A stretch of DNA of 64,000 bases from Vicugna vicugna. Its lineage: Eukaryota. The notes under the pieces were generated by a model, which had not been told where the DNA came from, ran no database searches, and worked only from the letters and a program-made list of their open reading frames with translations. A program made the position numbers and the translations under genes. Positions 50,509-62,665 of this stretch are shown here, piece after piece. Each line of letters starts with the position of its first letter. Within the stretch, counting starts at the first letter, position 1. The stretch covers positions 1,178,001 to 1,242,000 of the forward strand of contig MU058636.1 of NCBI GenBank assembly GCA_013265495.1. Direction: 5' to 3'.

Positions 50509-51429
50509 TGTGGTCCCCCTCTATGTTCCATGGCCAGAAGTGTCATGTGCCCACTTATGAACCAACTGTTGACAAAGGGAAATGGGGTAGTGTGATGCCT
50601 CAGACATGCATGACTAATCCCCCAGGGTTGGGCCCAACTTCTGCGTGAGCACTGCCACTAGCGTTGGACTAAACAAGATCAGTGCTCCTTAGCAAAGAAG
50701 AGGAAGAGGGGCTACTGGGTAGGCAAGCCTCAGTGCCCCAGAATCAAGATCCAAACCACCACGGCTCCTAGCCCGCACCTCTACTGCTAAGACCCCGCCA
50801 GGCTCCCCTTCGCCTCTGGTGGTCCCAAAGGACCGTCTTCTGCTTCCTCAGGTCCCGTCCAGAGTGCCAGCCACCATCTCCAGCCATGAGCCCCACACTG
50901 CCATGCAGCCTCCACTCCTCCAAGCTGCAGGTTTCTGCTCATGGCCCTCAGACTCCATGTGACCTGATGGCTTGGCAGACTCTGAGAAGGAGAATAAAAA
51001 TGGCTCCCACATTCAGTCTGTCTGGCTAGGGAGCGCCCGGACTTGGGGGACAGTCCCGTGGGTTAGCGCCATGGTCTTTTCCTCCGCATAAGCACACACC
51101 ACATCCCTCAGGCCGGGTCAGCGCAGATCCACATGCCCGCCTCCAGACTCAGCCCTTCTTCTCACTGGGACTCCCTCCATCAGTCCAGGTTCCCGCCTGG
51201 GTCCCAGCCTCATAGCTAAACACTCCTAAACTGTGCGGAGCCCCGTTTAATGGAGTCTGTTGTCCACATGAGAGCTTTTCTGCCCTCATTTAAATCAGTG
51301 GACAGAAGTAGATCCTCGGGGTGGACGGGAGAGATACCACACATTCTGTGGGCCAGACATACCTGATCTCAGCTGCCACAAGACGGTATATTCAATTATA
51401 CAAGAGTATGTGGTAATTCTCTGTGTGGG

Positions 51430-51665
51430 TAAAGGTGGAGGTTGAGATTTGCAAATATTAATCACTATATATAAAAATACATAAAAAACAAATTTCTTTT
51501 GTATAGCACAGGGAACTATATTCAATATCTTATAATAACCTTTAATGAAAAAGAACATGAAAACAAATATACGTATACATATGTATGACTGGGACACTGT
51601 GCTACACACCAGAAACTGACACATTGTAACTGACTATACTTCAATTAAAAATATGTATAAATAAA
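51430..51665 (+). mobile_element. Camelid L1 3' UTR
   Basis: gtatagcacagggaactatattcaatatc...acattgtaactgactatacttcaatt. Confidence 0.9.
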
Positions 51666-51910
51666 ATTCTACCAAATATAGACTAACTGGCAGTGATAGA
51701 GAGCAGATCTATGAGACAGAGAGGGATGGGGAGGGGAGGTAGAGACTGAAAAGGGGCCCGGAGGAACTTTTGCTGCTATAGATTTGCCCATTATCTTGAC
51801 TGCAGTGATGGTTTCACAGTGTATACATACGTATGTCAAAACAGAGCAAACTGTGGGCATTAAATACGTGCAGGTTATTGTCTGTCAACTCTACTTCAGT
51901 AAATGTATTC
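51666..51910 (+). mobile_element. Old L1ME/MB 3' end, host of the preceding insertion
   Basis: tatcttgactgcagtgatggtttcacagtgtatacatacgtatgtcaaaac. Confidence 0.7.
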
Positions 51911-51924
51911 TAGCATTTTTAAGT

Positions 51925-53440
51925 TAAACACTTTGGTGAGAATACTTCCGAGGTGATGCACAGACTGCATCCTGCCTCTCAGCAGCAGGCACCTCATATC
52001 AGGTTATCCCTTTATTAGTGATGCTAAGTTCTGATAACTTGGTAAGGTGACAACTGCCAGATCTTTCTGTTAAAAAGTGCATCTTTCCATTTGCAACTAG
52101 TGAACCACCAATAGAGTGACACATTGACACCATGCACATCTCCTCGTCCCCAGCTCCCAGTCAGCAAAGCACTCTTGCAAAGTTCCACACATTAAACAAC
52201 ATAGGCCTTATGGACAATACAGTCTCTCTCAACAAGTCAAATCAGCCACTGTGACACAAATGCAGGCCCGTGAATATGTGTGAGAGAGAGTGACCATATT
52301 CAATGAAACTGTACTTACAAACACTGAAATTTGCACTTATATAAATGTTACTTGTCAAGAGATAGTGCTCTCCTTTAGATTTTGTCAACTACCTAAAACT
52401 ACTGAAAACATTCTTAGTTCACGGGATCTACAAAATCAGGTGGGGGGTGGGTTGCTGGATTTGACTGGGGGCTGTAGTTTGCTGAACCATGATTTACAGA
52501 ATCCACTTATTGCCTGAATGAATCATTTCATCAAAGTCTGCAAAGCAGTAATTTTCTAATCCAATCATTCTTTCCACACATATTAGCGGACATCCTTCTG
52601 TAAAGGACTGCTTCTCATCAGCTAGGAATGAGAGGCACTTTCTCCCTAAAAGGCAGGATAAAGGCTTAATTGTTTTCCCTTTCATTACAAATGTTCAGAC
52701 AAAGAACTCTGTAGAGCTGCCACAACTCAGGTACATGATTTCCTCTCTTTCTCCATCAAAATATGGAGCCACGGATTTTTATTTATTCAATCAATATCTA
52801 TTTATTGATAATCAATCATAGTCATTTTTTTCCCTGATGTTCAAACTGTTCCAAATTTGGCCATTAGAAGACCCTTTTAGGTTGGCTCCTGTATGTTTCA
52901 GGTACAACCTCTTTAATCTTCAACAGCTTCCTTACTTTTTGACACATGATACACCAGGTTCACCTTATACCGTCTCTGCCACTTCTCCAAAAAGCCCTGA
53001 TTCCTTTAGTGAGGATTAATATTAGACTTAATTATACAAAAATGGCCATTTCACAGGTTTCAACCTAATGCTAAGAAACCAAGGTCTAGACCCCAATTCC
53101 CTAAGTGTGCCCATTACTTCTGCTGTGTCATTTTTCCAGGCCTTTCAGTGGACAAAGCTGGGAAATATCTTTTTTAAACAAATCATTAATTAGTATCAAA
53201 ATCACCAATTCAAAATTAAAGCAAAAGGTGTTTTTCTTAACTTTAAATTTGTATTTTTCTCTCACCTTGAAAATCTTGACTCTTTACATCAATCAGTTTA
53301 TCTATTGATTCTATCCTACCTTGTCCATTAGTTTCAAAATTACGACACCAACACAACGACAGGTAATAAAACGGAATGAAACTTAAGATTCCTCTGCTGT
53401 TTTTCTGGACCTCAGAATATATCCCGCGGTCACAGGTAGG
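51925..53440 (-). mobile_element. L1MC4/5-like 3' region, interrupted by MER58
   Basis: ttagtgatgctaagtt.., tttggccattagaagacccttttaggttggctcctgt, ggcctttcagtggacaaagctgggaaatat. Confidence 0.7.
52155..52491 (+). mobile_element. MER58B-like hAT DNA transposon
   Basis: cactgaaatttg..., cattcttagttcacggg, and terminus ggatttgactgggggctgtagtttgctgaaccatg. Confidence 0.8.
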
Positions 53441-55469
53441 CCACATTTCTAGAGAATCAGACACGCAACAAGGTCTTAGTGATAAAAACTCAGTAGCTGG
53501 GGTGCAGAACACAGTGGAATAGAGCAGTGAACTCACAGAAGATCCACGTGTGCAGGACTGTGACCAAAGGCACTGGTCATCGTCTTTGTGCTTCAGCTGA
53601 GAACAGACAAGTACCCACATATTCTAAAGATGTTGGACCATCTCTGCTGATACTGCTCAGAGGTGCCCCAGACACAGTCTCCATCTGAGTTAGGGTGGGG
53701 TGTCGGGAGGAGGACAGAGGGAGGCAGTCAGTGAGCAGGAAGGATTTCCAGCAGGGAGCTGTCAGGGCTGTGGCACCGCCACCCGCCTCCACGGAGGAGC
53801 AGAGATGGTGCTTCTCCCATCACTTCCAAACGAACAAGGGGACTCCAGCCTCCGGGCTACAGCAGAAGCAATGCGGGAGGAGGGGTGGGGAGGAGATGTG
53901 AGGGAGGCTTGACAGAGCAGCTGAGGGGAGATTATTCCCTCTGCTTCTACCCAGTCCCCCAACAGCTGAGCATGGGTGAGTCGTGTGCGAGGTGCGTGCG
54001 TGCTCCTGGGACACGTGGTGCTGAGTGGGGCCCCTCTCCAGCCAGCCTCCTCTGGGGATAAACCCGGGCAGGGGTCAGGTTACCAAGACACCATCCCACC
54101 CTCCACCACTCTTCTGTCTTCCTGCCGTGGACAGCCTCTCTGAGCCTTAAACCTGGTCCCCGAGGAAGAAATGAGGCTGGGGTTATCTTAGCCAAGTAAA
54201 CACTGTGAAACAAGTCACGCTCTCTAGGGACATGGTGGTTTCACTGGGCCATTTCGCACAAATGTGAATGCATTCACTCTGCACGTGGACCAAGCGTTGC
54301 AGCTGTAAGGCTGCAAGCTGCTGACGGCCTGTCTGAGCCGGTCAGATCTCCGGAGCAGCATCAACAGAGGCAAACACCGGACTGACGTCAGGAGCCCCCG
54401 ACGAGTTCCTGGTCTTGACAGATGATGTCTGGTCACTTCCTTCTCATGTCCAGGCCCTTGGCCGTGATTTTCTCTTGCTTGTAACTCACACCTCTCACCT
54501 CTCCCCCAAATCTTCCCAGCCCCTCTTTCCCCAGGATACCTTCTCTGACGGTGCCAGCTCACATCTCTGACCAGAGTCTGTCCAGATCGTGGACCACTCT
54601 GAGGGTGTTTTCTTCAATTGTCTCCTGTCAGTTTTGTCAGCAGGTCCCACTTCCCCAGCTGGGTTTCCCATGCCTGCCCTAGTGTCCTTTCCTAACTCTG
54701 CCAGTCTCAAGCCACCTTAAATTACAAGCTCCAGATCAGTATTTTCAACATTTAAAGAAGGTACATTCGTGCATGTATGGAAAACTATACAATTAAAAGG
54801 TCGATGAATTAACAAATGTGAGGCTCCTCAGAATATTAACGCTCGCTCAGCCCCCGTCCCAGCCCTCCCCGCTCTTCCTGAGCCACTCAGGGCCATGTGG
54901 CAGGATCACTAACCCTCATTAAGTAATGCCGCTGACAAACCATTTCCAAATACAGTTCTCTGTGCTTTAATGAGCCATGTGTGTTCCTAAAAATCACTGC
55001 TGGATACAAAATCATTCAATAAACAGCAGAGGGCTCTCGGGAGCAAACCGGGCAGAGGAGCAACTCAAAATGTCACCAGTGACACATTCAAAACACAGAC
55101 AGCACCCTAATAAAAACGGCAGCGCTTTCAACATGGTAGATGGTTCATAAACACAAAAGTGTGACGATGAATTGGGCACTTTACCTTGAAAATGACCCGA
55201 GGCTGGCTTGCAGAGGGGGCTGGGCAGGGCTGCGGCTGGTGTGTGGCTGCTGGAAAGCGACAGCCTCGACGGTGGGTGTGGCCGGCTTCCTCGGTTTCCC
55301 CTGACTCTGGACATCAAAGAGAAGCAATCTTTCCTGCCTCTTATCCGGAGGCGTGTTTTTCTGCTGGTGAGCTGTAGGTCCTCTGAGGCAAGTGTTTACG
55401 GTAATTATGTTTTATGAAAACTGAAAATCCAATCTCATATTAGAACAGACTTCTTTGACAATTCGGAAT

Positions 55470-55980
55470 CACCGCTGGAAATCTGCTTCGGACCTCCTCG
55501 TTTTTCTCACGGGCTCTCAGGGCTCCGGAAACCGCAGCAGGGCCGGGGCGCACGGGCCCAGCCCCCACCCGCCCCAAAACCAGCCTCCGCCGCAGGACTC
55601 GGCGAATCCGCGGTCTTCGCCCGCACACGACGCCCTCCTCACGCGTCCTCTCTGCAGTTTTGACCCGGGAGGCTTGGACACGTGTGCGCTGTCCAAGGAA
55701 TGTTCCTTTCTTCCTCTTTTTGAATACAGAAAAGCTCACGCGTGCAAACGCACGGCAAAGCACAGCCTTTACAGACGACACGGGACGTGAACTGAGTTCG
55801 CCGCTGGCTGAGGGGCCGCGGTCTGCGCGCGCGGGGGTGTGAGCGTGTGTGCGCATGCGTGCGCGAGCACGCTCTCGTGCGTGCCTGCATGTGCGTCCTC
55901 ACGTGTGCGCGTGCGTGTGCCTGAGCGCGAGTATCTGTCGGGCATATGTGCACGTGTGCGCATGCGTGTGCACGTGCATT
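55470..55980. promoter_or_regulatory. CpG island-like region with alternating purine-pyrimidine tract
   Basis: High CpG density. (CG/TG/CA)n tract at about 55824-55978. TGCGCATGCG at 55850 and 55957. Confidence 0.65.
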
Positions 55981-56309
55981 TTTGAGACTTTCGACCCAGC
56001 TCGGTTCTGAGGGGAGCAGTCTGATGCTCACCGAGAAGCAAAAATTCACATGATGCTCAAATTGTTCCCTAATCTACCCGTTGCTTTGGAACAAATTCAC
56101 AAGCGTTATAGCAAAACTAACTGTAAGTGAAAACTTATACGGGAAGTCCTTTATTCTGAATACCCGTCTCTCTTCAGTATTATTATTTATTGATTTTGAT
56201 CAGTAAATACTTTATTTCATAAACACTTGTAACACTCCTGAATACAAAGTTTCATCAACTAGAGAAAAATAGATATTTTAAAAAAGAATTTTAAAAAATA
56301 CAAAAGGAG

Positions 56310-56434
56310 GGGAGAGGGTGTATATCTCAGTGGTAGAGCACGGGTTTAGCATGCAGGAGTCCCTGGGTTCAATCCCCAGAACCTCCATTAAAAACAAACA
56401 AACAAACAAATCTAATTATCCACCACTGCCCCCC
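56310..56434 (+). mobile_element. Vic-1-like SINE
   Basis: ctcagtggtagagcacgggtttagcatgcaggagtccctgggttcaatccccag, with a long flanking direct repeat. Confidence 0.92.
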
Positions 56435-57242
56435 AAAAAAGAATTTAAAAAAATAGAAAAGGAGAGCATGAGGAAGAGGAGGAAGGAGGGGAGCAGAGGC
56501 TGCACCTTTTACTGTTCACCCACATGCACTGTAGGGGTGTGCGTGTGTGCACGTGTTTATCTCCCTCCACATACAAGCGTAATTCCACAGACTTGAAAGG
56601 ACCTTGAAAAACGCTCCTTCACATCAACAGAGATACACAAAAGATACCAAAGACGGCATTAGTGGTGTCTGGATTATATTCGTTTATATCAGACTAAGAA
56701 TTCTTCTCAAATCATACTTAATTTTAGCCCTGAAGTTACCAACTCATAGTGCTAGGAATTCAAGACAAGATCTGCGGGGCTCCAGGTGAAAAGCACTCAC
56801 CCAGGACAGAATACAGCATTCAGGAAATGCTGGCTTGTGGGCGCAGAGGCACACCCAGGGGCTCGCCTGGGATCCCATGCTCCATCCACATGCCCACCAC
56901 TCAGAGCTGCCGGCACCCAGACGTGGCCACGCTCGGTGATTGCTTTGTAGCCCAGAGGACAGACAGCACCAGCCTGTGGACCCCTTTGTCCAGTAGGAGC
57001 CTTCCCCCGGCTGACAGCTATGGAGGTCAAGGTGCTGAACTGGGTGGCCTTGGGCAAGTTAACCTCTGAAATCTGTGTTTTGTAGTCTGTAAAATGACAA
57101 TTGTAATCCTCACCTTGGGTGATTGAGAAGATTAAATGAGGTCACAGAGCTCTTCTCGCAGGTCCTGTTCCAAAGTGACCGCTGGGCAAGTGGCAGCTGT
57201 GGGTGTGATTGTCATCAGTATGGCTTCTGCCACACAACAGCC

Positions 57243-57412
57243 NNNNNNNNNNNNNNNNNNNNNNNNNNNNNNNNNNNNNNNNNNNNNNNNNNNNNNNNNN
57301 NNNNNNNNNNNNNNNNNNNNNNNNNNNNNNNNNNNNNNNNNNNNNNNNNNNNNNNNNNNNNNNNNNNNNNNNNNNNNNNNNNNNNNNNNNNNNNNNNNNN
57401 NNNNNNNNNNNN
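57243..57412. other. Assembly gap (170 N)
   Basis: Run of n characters. Confidence 1.
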
Positions 57413-59194
57413 GTTGGGGTGGGAGGGCGGGGCAGCCTTCTCCAAAACAGGATCCCTCAGAGCAGGAGTCGGCAGTCTCCTGGGTCCGATCAATCTGCAG
57501 CTTGTAAGTTGTTTTACACACACCTGCACAGGTATCAGAGCTGTGCCCACACTGCACAGCAGAGAGGGACAGATTGATGGCCACAAAGCCTAACGTATTT
57601 CCCTTCCGGCCCCTGACAGAGACTTTGCCGACACAGAGGGAAGATCAGGCTCTATCCGAGACACTAGGAGACCTGGGAGGCTGGCACTCAGGGACCCCTC
57701 CAAAGAAGGACCAGTTTGCATACATCCAGGAAAGCCCCCTCCACCGACCCCCTCCACGCCCTTCAGGCTGCCTGGGGTGCAGCAGGGCCCGCCTTTCTTC
57801 CAGACTCCAGCTCAGGCGTCTCTTCCTGGCCAAGGTTTTCCAAGCGTATCCTCAGCCCACAGAGCCTTCCATCCACCCCACTCCCCCAGTTGTCTGGGTA
57901 CCATTTCCACCTACTTTTCTGATACACACACCCAGGATCTCACCAGCACCCACAAACTGAAGGAGCAGAAGAGGCCTCCCAGGCGAGCAGCTGCGGCCAG
58001 CTGTGCACAGCTGTGCAGACAGAAGCCTGAGGACGGCGAGCACAGCGCTGAGCAGGAAAGCAGACCTGCTCCTGGCCGCCCAGGCCAAGCGTTTCAAAAG
58101 TCAACCAGCTCAGTAGTGGTGGGAAGAGAGGCGGAGAGAAGACAAGCCCAGGGCAGCGAGCAGTGTCAGAGAGAGAAGCCTGGCAGGGGCTACCCAGAGG
58201 GCAGAGTCTGGGAGCCCAGTGGGGTGGCAGGGGGACACTGATGGCACCAGAAGGGCCAGTGTGGATGGAAATCCAGGCAGGAAAAATGAAAGCTCTCTCC
58301 CGTGGGGAGAGAGGGTGCAGGGGTGGGGAAGGTGATTACTCAGCACAGGGCACACAGCCCGTCTAGAGGCATCAAAGGCTTCAGAGAGGATGTGGTACCA
58401 CAAAAATAAAGGGGACATCTGACACTGGTTTTATAAGGCTTTGAAATAAAGAAATAAGGCTTTGAAAAAACATTCAGTATCATTTAAAGTGAATCCAGAA
58501 CATGCATTTCCTGTCTTGGGAACATTCCTTTCCTTTTCCGGGGTCTGCGCGATGCCACTCGGCTTAGGGTTCCTCCTTCCATGGGGGCTTCCCAGGCTCT
58601 GTCCCAGCGAGGCCTGCACTTGCTACAGTGATTTCACTTTTGTGTGTCCCTCCCTTAGCAGACCAGCAGCTCCCACGGGACGATGTGACTGAGCCCTCCA
58701 TCCACTTCGCAGGGCCGGGCCCAGTAAGACTGTGATGGGTGCCTGAGTGTGAAAAATCGAGGTTAAGAGACAGCGACTTCTGTGCCAAGAGCATCTGGCT
58801 CGGAACCATGGGACCCGGATTAGAATCCAGAACTTGAGCCCATGTCATTCACTTGTGCTGCTACCAAAACATGTTCAGGGGAAGTGCATCGTCAAGGCTG
58901 GTGAGTACAGAGATGGACTGGCTGGGTGAGTGAAGCACGTGATGCGGTAAAGCTGTCCTTTGTTCATTATCAGGGGGCTGTGTCGAGTGGAAGGGACCAG
59001 CCATTGTACCACGAATTATCTCTCTAAACTCACCACGGTCTCAGCCTCAGTTTCCTCATCTGCAGGACAATCTCACAGGTCTACGTGTGCCCGTTTAAGC
59101 AAAAGTGTCGGGTAAACCATAAGACGAAAGATAAACGCATGGTGACATGAAGGCTAATTACTACTGTGAATTATTTTCTTTCCTTGACATTTGA

Positions 59195-59345
59195 GTCACT
59201 CATTCATTTATTCATTCACTTTTGAGTATCTACTAGGGACTAGGTACTGGGACACAAGAAAAGGGTTCCTGTCCTCAAGGAGCTCTCGTTCTCATGGTGG
59301 GGGGGGGAGGGAAAATAGCAGGTGATTATAATATAGCTAGTGTGA
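59195..59345 (-). mobile_element. L2 3' end
   Basis: cattcatttattcattc..gagtatctactagggactaggtactgggacac..cctgtcctcaaggagctc. Confidence 0.7.
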
Positions 59346-59904
59346 TGGAGGAATTCTGAAACTGAGATTTGTAAACACAGAAGTGTTTGCTAAACACAAG
59401 TCACTGTTTTGCACTCATAGGAGCTCCGCCCAGCGCTGATATCTGACTGGATACCTCGGGCCAGGCCAAAGCTTCTGGAATATTTGGGCATCTAGGAGCG
59501 GAGAGGCGGCCTTAGCCAGCTTTGCCAACGGCGTCTGCAGCGATGAGTCACCAGTGAGCAGCACAGAGCAGCCGCCGAGGATGCTCACGGGCTCTGCCCG
59601 CCTGGGCAGCCATGCTTCCGCAGGGTCCAGCCTGGCAGCTAGAGGCCCAGATGGCGAGGGGTGTGTGTCCCTAAAATCCCACTCTCCACTATCCTATGTG
59701 GCTCTGAGCTCAGCTCTCTTGCCCTCAGCCCTCACTAGCACTTGTCAGCAGGAGACTCAGTGTGTTTAAATATGCGCAGATGTGTTTACAGTTTAGACTT
59801 TTCCCAGCAGAGACAGCCGCTGTGCTCTGCCCGAGTCCCGTGTGTTGACAATAGTAAGTACTTTCAAAGGCTTTACCATTCCTGGTGGTGATGATGATGA
59901 TCAG

Positions 59905-60150
59905 TAATAATAATAATAGTGACAGCCACCTTGTTTTCAGCACATCCTCTGTGCCGGGGTCAGAGACACAGGTTTTATGTACATGATCACTTTCTATATC
60001 TACCATGACCCGATGAGCCAAGTATTATTATCATCCTGGCCCAACAGATGAGCAAACAGACTCAGAAAGATTCGTTAAGTCACTCACCCAAAGACGCACA
60101 GTTAATAGGTGGTAGAGCTGGGTTTTTGAATTCAGATCTGATCTGTAACT
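59905..60150 (-). mobile_element. Near full-length MIR
   Basis: acagatgagcaaacagactcagaaag..gttaagtcactcacccaaa..ggtggtagagctgggtttttgaa. Confidence 0.75.
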
Positions 60151-60339
60151 AGTAGGTTTAACCCACTTTCTCTGTCAACCCCAGAGCAAGTCCTTTATGG
60201 GTTAAAAAGTTGCCAAAGACACTCCGATGGCTTGCTGCTGCCTCTGAACCTCCCTCCTTCTGCACGACTCCCTCTGGTACCTGATCTGAAACAGCATCTC
60301 TTCCTCCGTCTTTTAGTATCCCTTCCGCTGCTCTAGTCT

Positions 60340-60515
60340 CGTTCACCAAACTTACTTGACTTTATATCATATGGATTGTTTACTGTGAGTCTCCCCATGA
60401 GACTGTAACGTCCACAGAGGTGGAGACGTAGTTTTGTCACTGCCAAATCTCCAACACCCAGAGCAATCTGGTCCACAGAAGAAACTCCAAGAAGATTGGG
60501 TGAATGAATGAATGT
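60340..60515 (+). mobile_element. L2 3' end
   Basis: gtctccccatgagactgtaacgtccacagagg...tgaatgaatgaatg. Confidence 0.7.
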
Positions 60516-60699
60516 ATCTCACGCCAATTCGAATTACAAAAAACTGAAATGATGTCGTGCAAAACATTAATAAAGCCTCACTTTGTTTGCAAACTTTGAA
60601 GTGATTCAAATGGCTCTGAGTTGTAAGAATTTGTCAAGATTCACACGATTTCAAAGCTGGTAGGACAGGGAGGTTACAAGTGGTGTTTATACTACTAAC

Positions 60700-61496
60700 C
60701 AGAGTTAAAAGAAAAACCTCAGCTTTCATATACTTCAGATACCAAAGTGTGGGTTTTTCCAAACCAAGCAGCACTGACTGGGTGTCCTACAATTTAACTC
60801 AGTTCTGACACAGACTGCCCAGAATTAACCCAGACTCTGAGGTTAAGGGCTCAGTCCCACAAGACTGCCCCCAGCCTCAGACACCAGCCACAAGGAGTGG
60901 GTCCCTGATTTTTCCACAACTTCTGCCCAACTTGGCTACAAACTGGAGGTTCCCACAACCCCCTCCTCAGGTTCAGTAATTTACCAGGACAGCTCACAGA
61001 ACCCAGGGAAACAGGTGACTTAACTGTTACCCATTTATTATAAAGGCTTGAGCTCAGGAGCTGCCAGGCAGAAGGGATGCCCTGGGTAAGGTGTGTGGAG
61101 CGGAGCCTGGAGCGGTCCAGGTGCACGGCCCTCCCAGCACCTCCAGGTGTTCAGTTACCTGGAGGCTCTCCAAGGCCCTTGAGTTCGGGTTTTTAGGGAG
61201 GCTTCATTACAAAGGCATGACCGATTACATCACTGGCTTCCGTAGCAGAACTCAGTCACCAGCTCCTCTCCCCTCCACAGGGGTGGAGTGAGGCTGAAAG
61301 GTCTAACCCTTTAATCACTGGTAGGTTCCTCTAGCAACCAGCCCCATCCTCCAAGGGGCTGGCTGTGAATGACTAAAGCCAGGTGAAGGTGTCCCCATCA
61401 CCTCCATCACTCAGGAAGTTCCAAGGGTCCTGGAAGCCCTGTGCCAGGAACATGGGACAAAACCAAATACATATTTTTATCACATACAATATCACA
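60700..61496 (-). mobile_element. MER21-family solo LTR
   Basis: ctgggtgtcctacaatttaactcagttctgacac, ggttaagggctcagtcccacaagactgcccc, and end caatatcaca (reverse complement TGTGATATTG). Left boundary approximate. Confidence 0.8.
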
Positions 61497-61836
61497 GCAG
61501 TAGCACCGTTTCAGCTGGAAACCCTGCGTTCAGCACCCCCTGAGCCAGGCAGTTCTTAAACATTGGAAATCCTAGGCGTGGTTTTGATGACTAGTGGGCT
61601 GTCATTTTCTTATTCGCTAACAGTATAATAGAAGGTATTTTGGGTGCCTGTAAAAATGTCACCCAAGCGTTCACTCTGTGCACATGGTGAAAAATTTGCC
61701 TGAAATTCATTAACTTGGGAGCAGAAATTAGTGTGACGAAACACTCTGTAAAGAAGCCAAGCTGCTCCCTGGTCCCCACCCTGTTAATTGAGGGCAGAGG
61801 ACTCTGCAAAATATGAGAGACACTGGTTGAGAAAGC

Positions 61837-62254
61837 TGTTAAAAAAAAAACCAAGTCCCCAAATGGAATCCTTTGCACCCCACCCACACCCTCTCAGCAA
61901 ACCAAGACTTAATTGTCGTTTCAACCCCTCCCAGAAATACCACCTTTAAAACAGTCAGTCTGAAATTTCCAGATCAAGGCTGGTGAGATAATTTTCCTAG
62001 TAAGACCCCTGCCTTCCCTTCAGGCAAAAGAAGCCCTCCTGACCTGAAACAGTCCTTTCTTTTCTTTTGCTGCTCATCCTCTGGCCCCACCCTCCTGCCT
62101 ATAAAAACCCTCCACTTTGGACAGCCCCTTGGAGCCCCGCCTCGTCCCTGGGTGGGATGCTGCCCCAACTATGAATTGCCTAATAGAGCCAATCAGATCT
62201 TCAAGTTTACTCAGCCGAATTTTGATTTGGTTTTGTTTTGTTTTGTTTTTAATA
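61837..62254 (+). mobile_element. ERV1 solo LTR (MER34/39-like)
   Basis: TGTTAAA start, TATAAAA at 62100, decayed poly(A) signal aatagagccaatcagatctt, 4-bp flanks aagc/aaac. Confidence 0.7.
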
Positions 62255-62665
62255 AAACTGAAAGCAACTCCAAGGCAAAAACAATCATAGTTGGAGGCTT
62301 ATGTGCCTTGAGAAGCTACTTTGCTCTATGCTTTGCCTGGCGACTTTGTATGTATTTCTGTAGCAAAATAGACCCTGAATCACTCAATAACGAGTCAAAA
62401 GTCACCTCTTGCCTGTAACAACAAGGCCACGGGGACTACAGGTTTCCAAGTCTCCCCTAGTCCGCAGCTCCAGACTCTCCTGGAGGGGAGCCCCTCCTCC
62501 AGCTGGAGGGTTGGTGCAGGAGAGGGGGCCCCACCCTCCAGTCATAAGAGGGGGTCTCCAGCTGCTCTGCCCCCAACCCTTCACGGCCATCCCTGAGCTT
62601 ATCTTTCTTCTCACCTGGATTGCCGGGACTCCCGTCCACTCTCAGACTAAGCTGGAGGTAGGAAC

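Larger units (their letters stand above)
49470..50745 (-). mobile_element. MaLR MLT1 LTR split by two later insertions
   Basis: Pieces at about 49470-49528, 49740-49975 and 50510-50745, ending ttagcaaagaagaggaagagggggctactgggtaggcaa. Confidence 0.6.

Noticed and set aside
57123..57593. ORFs spanning the N run
   Set aside because: Artefacts of the assembly gap.
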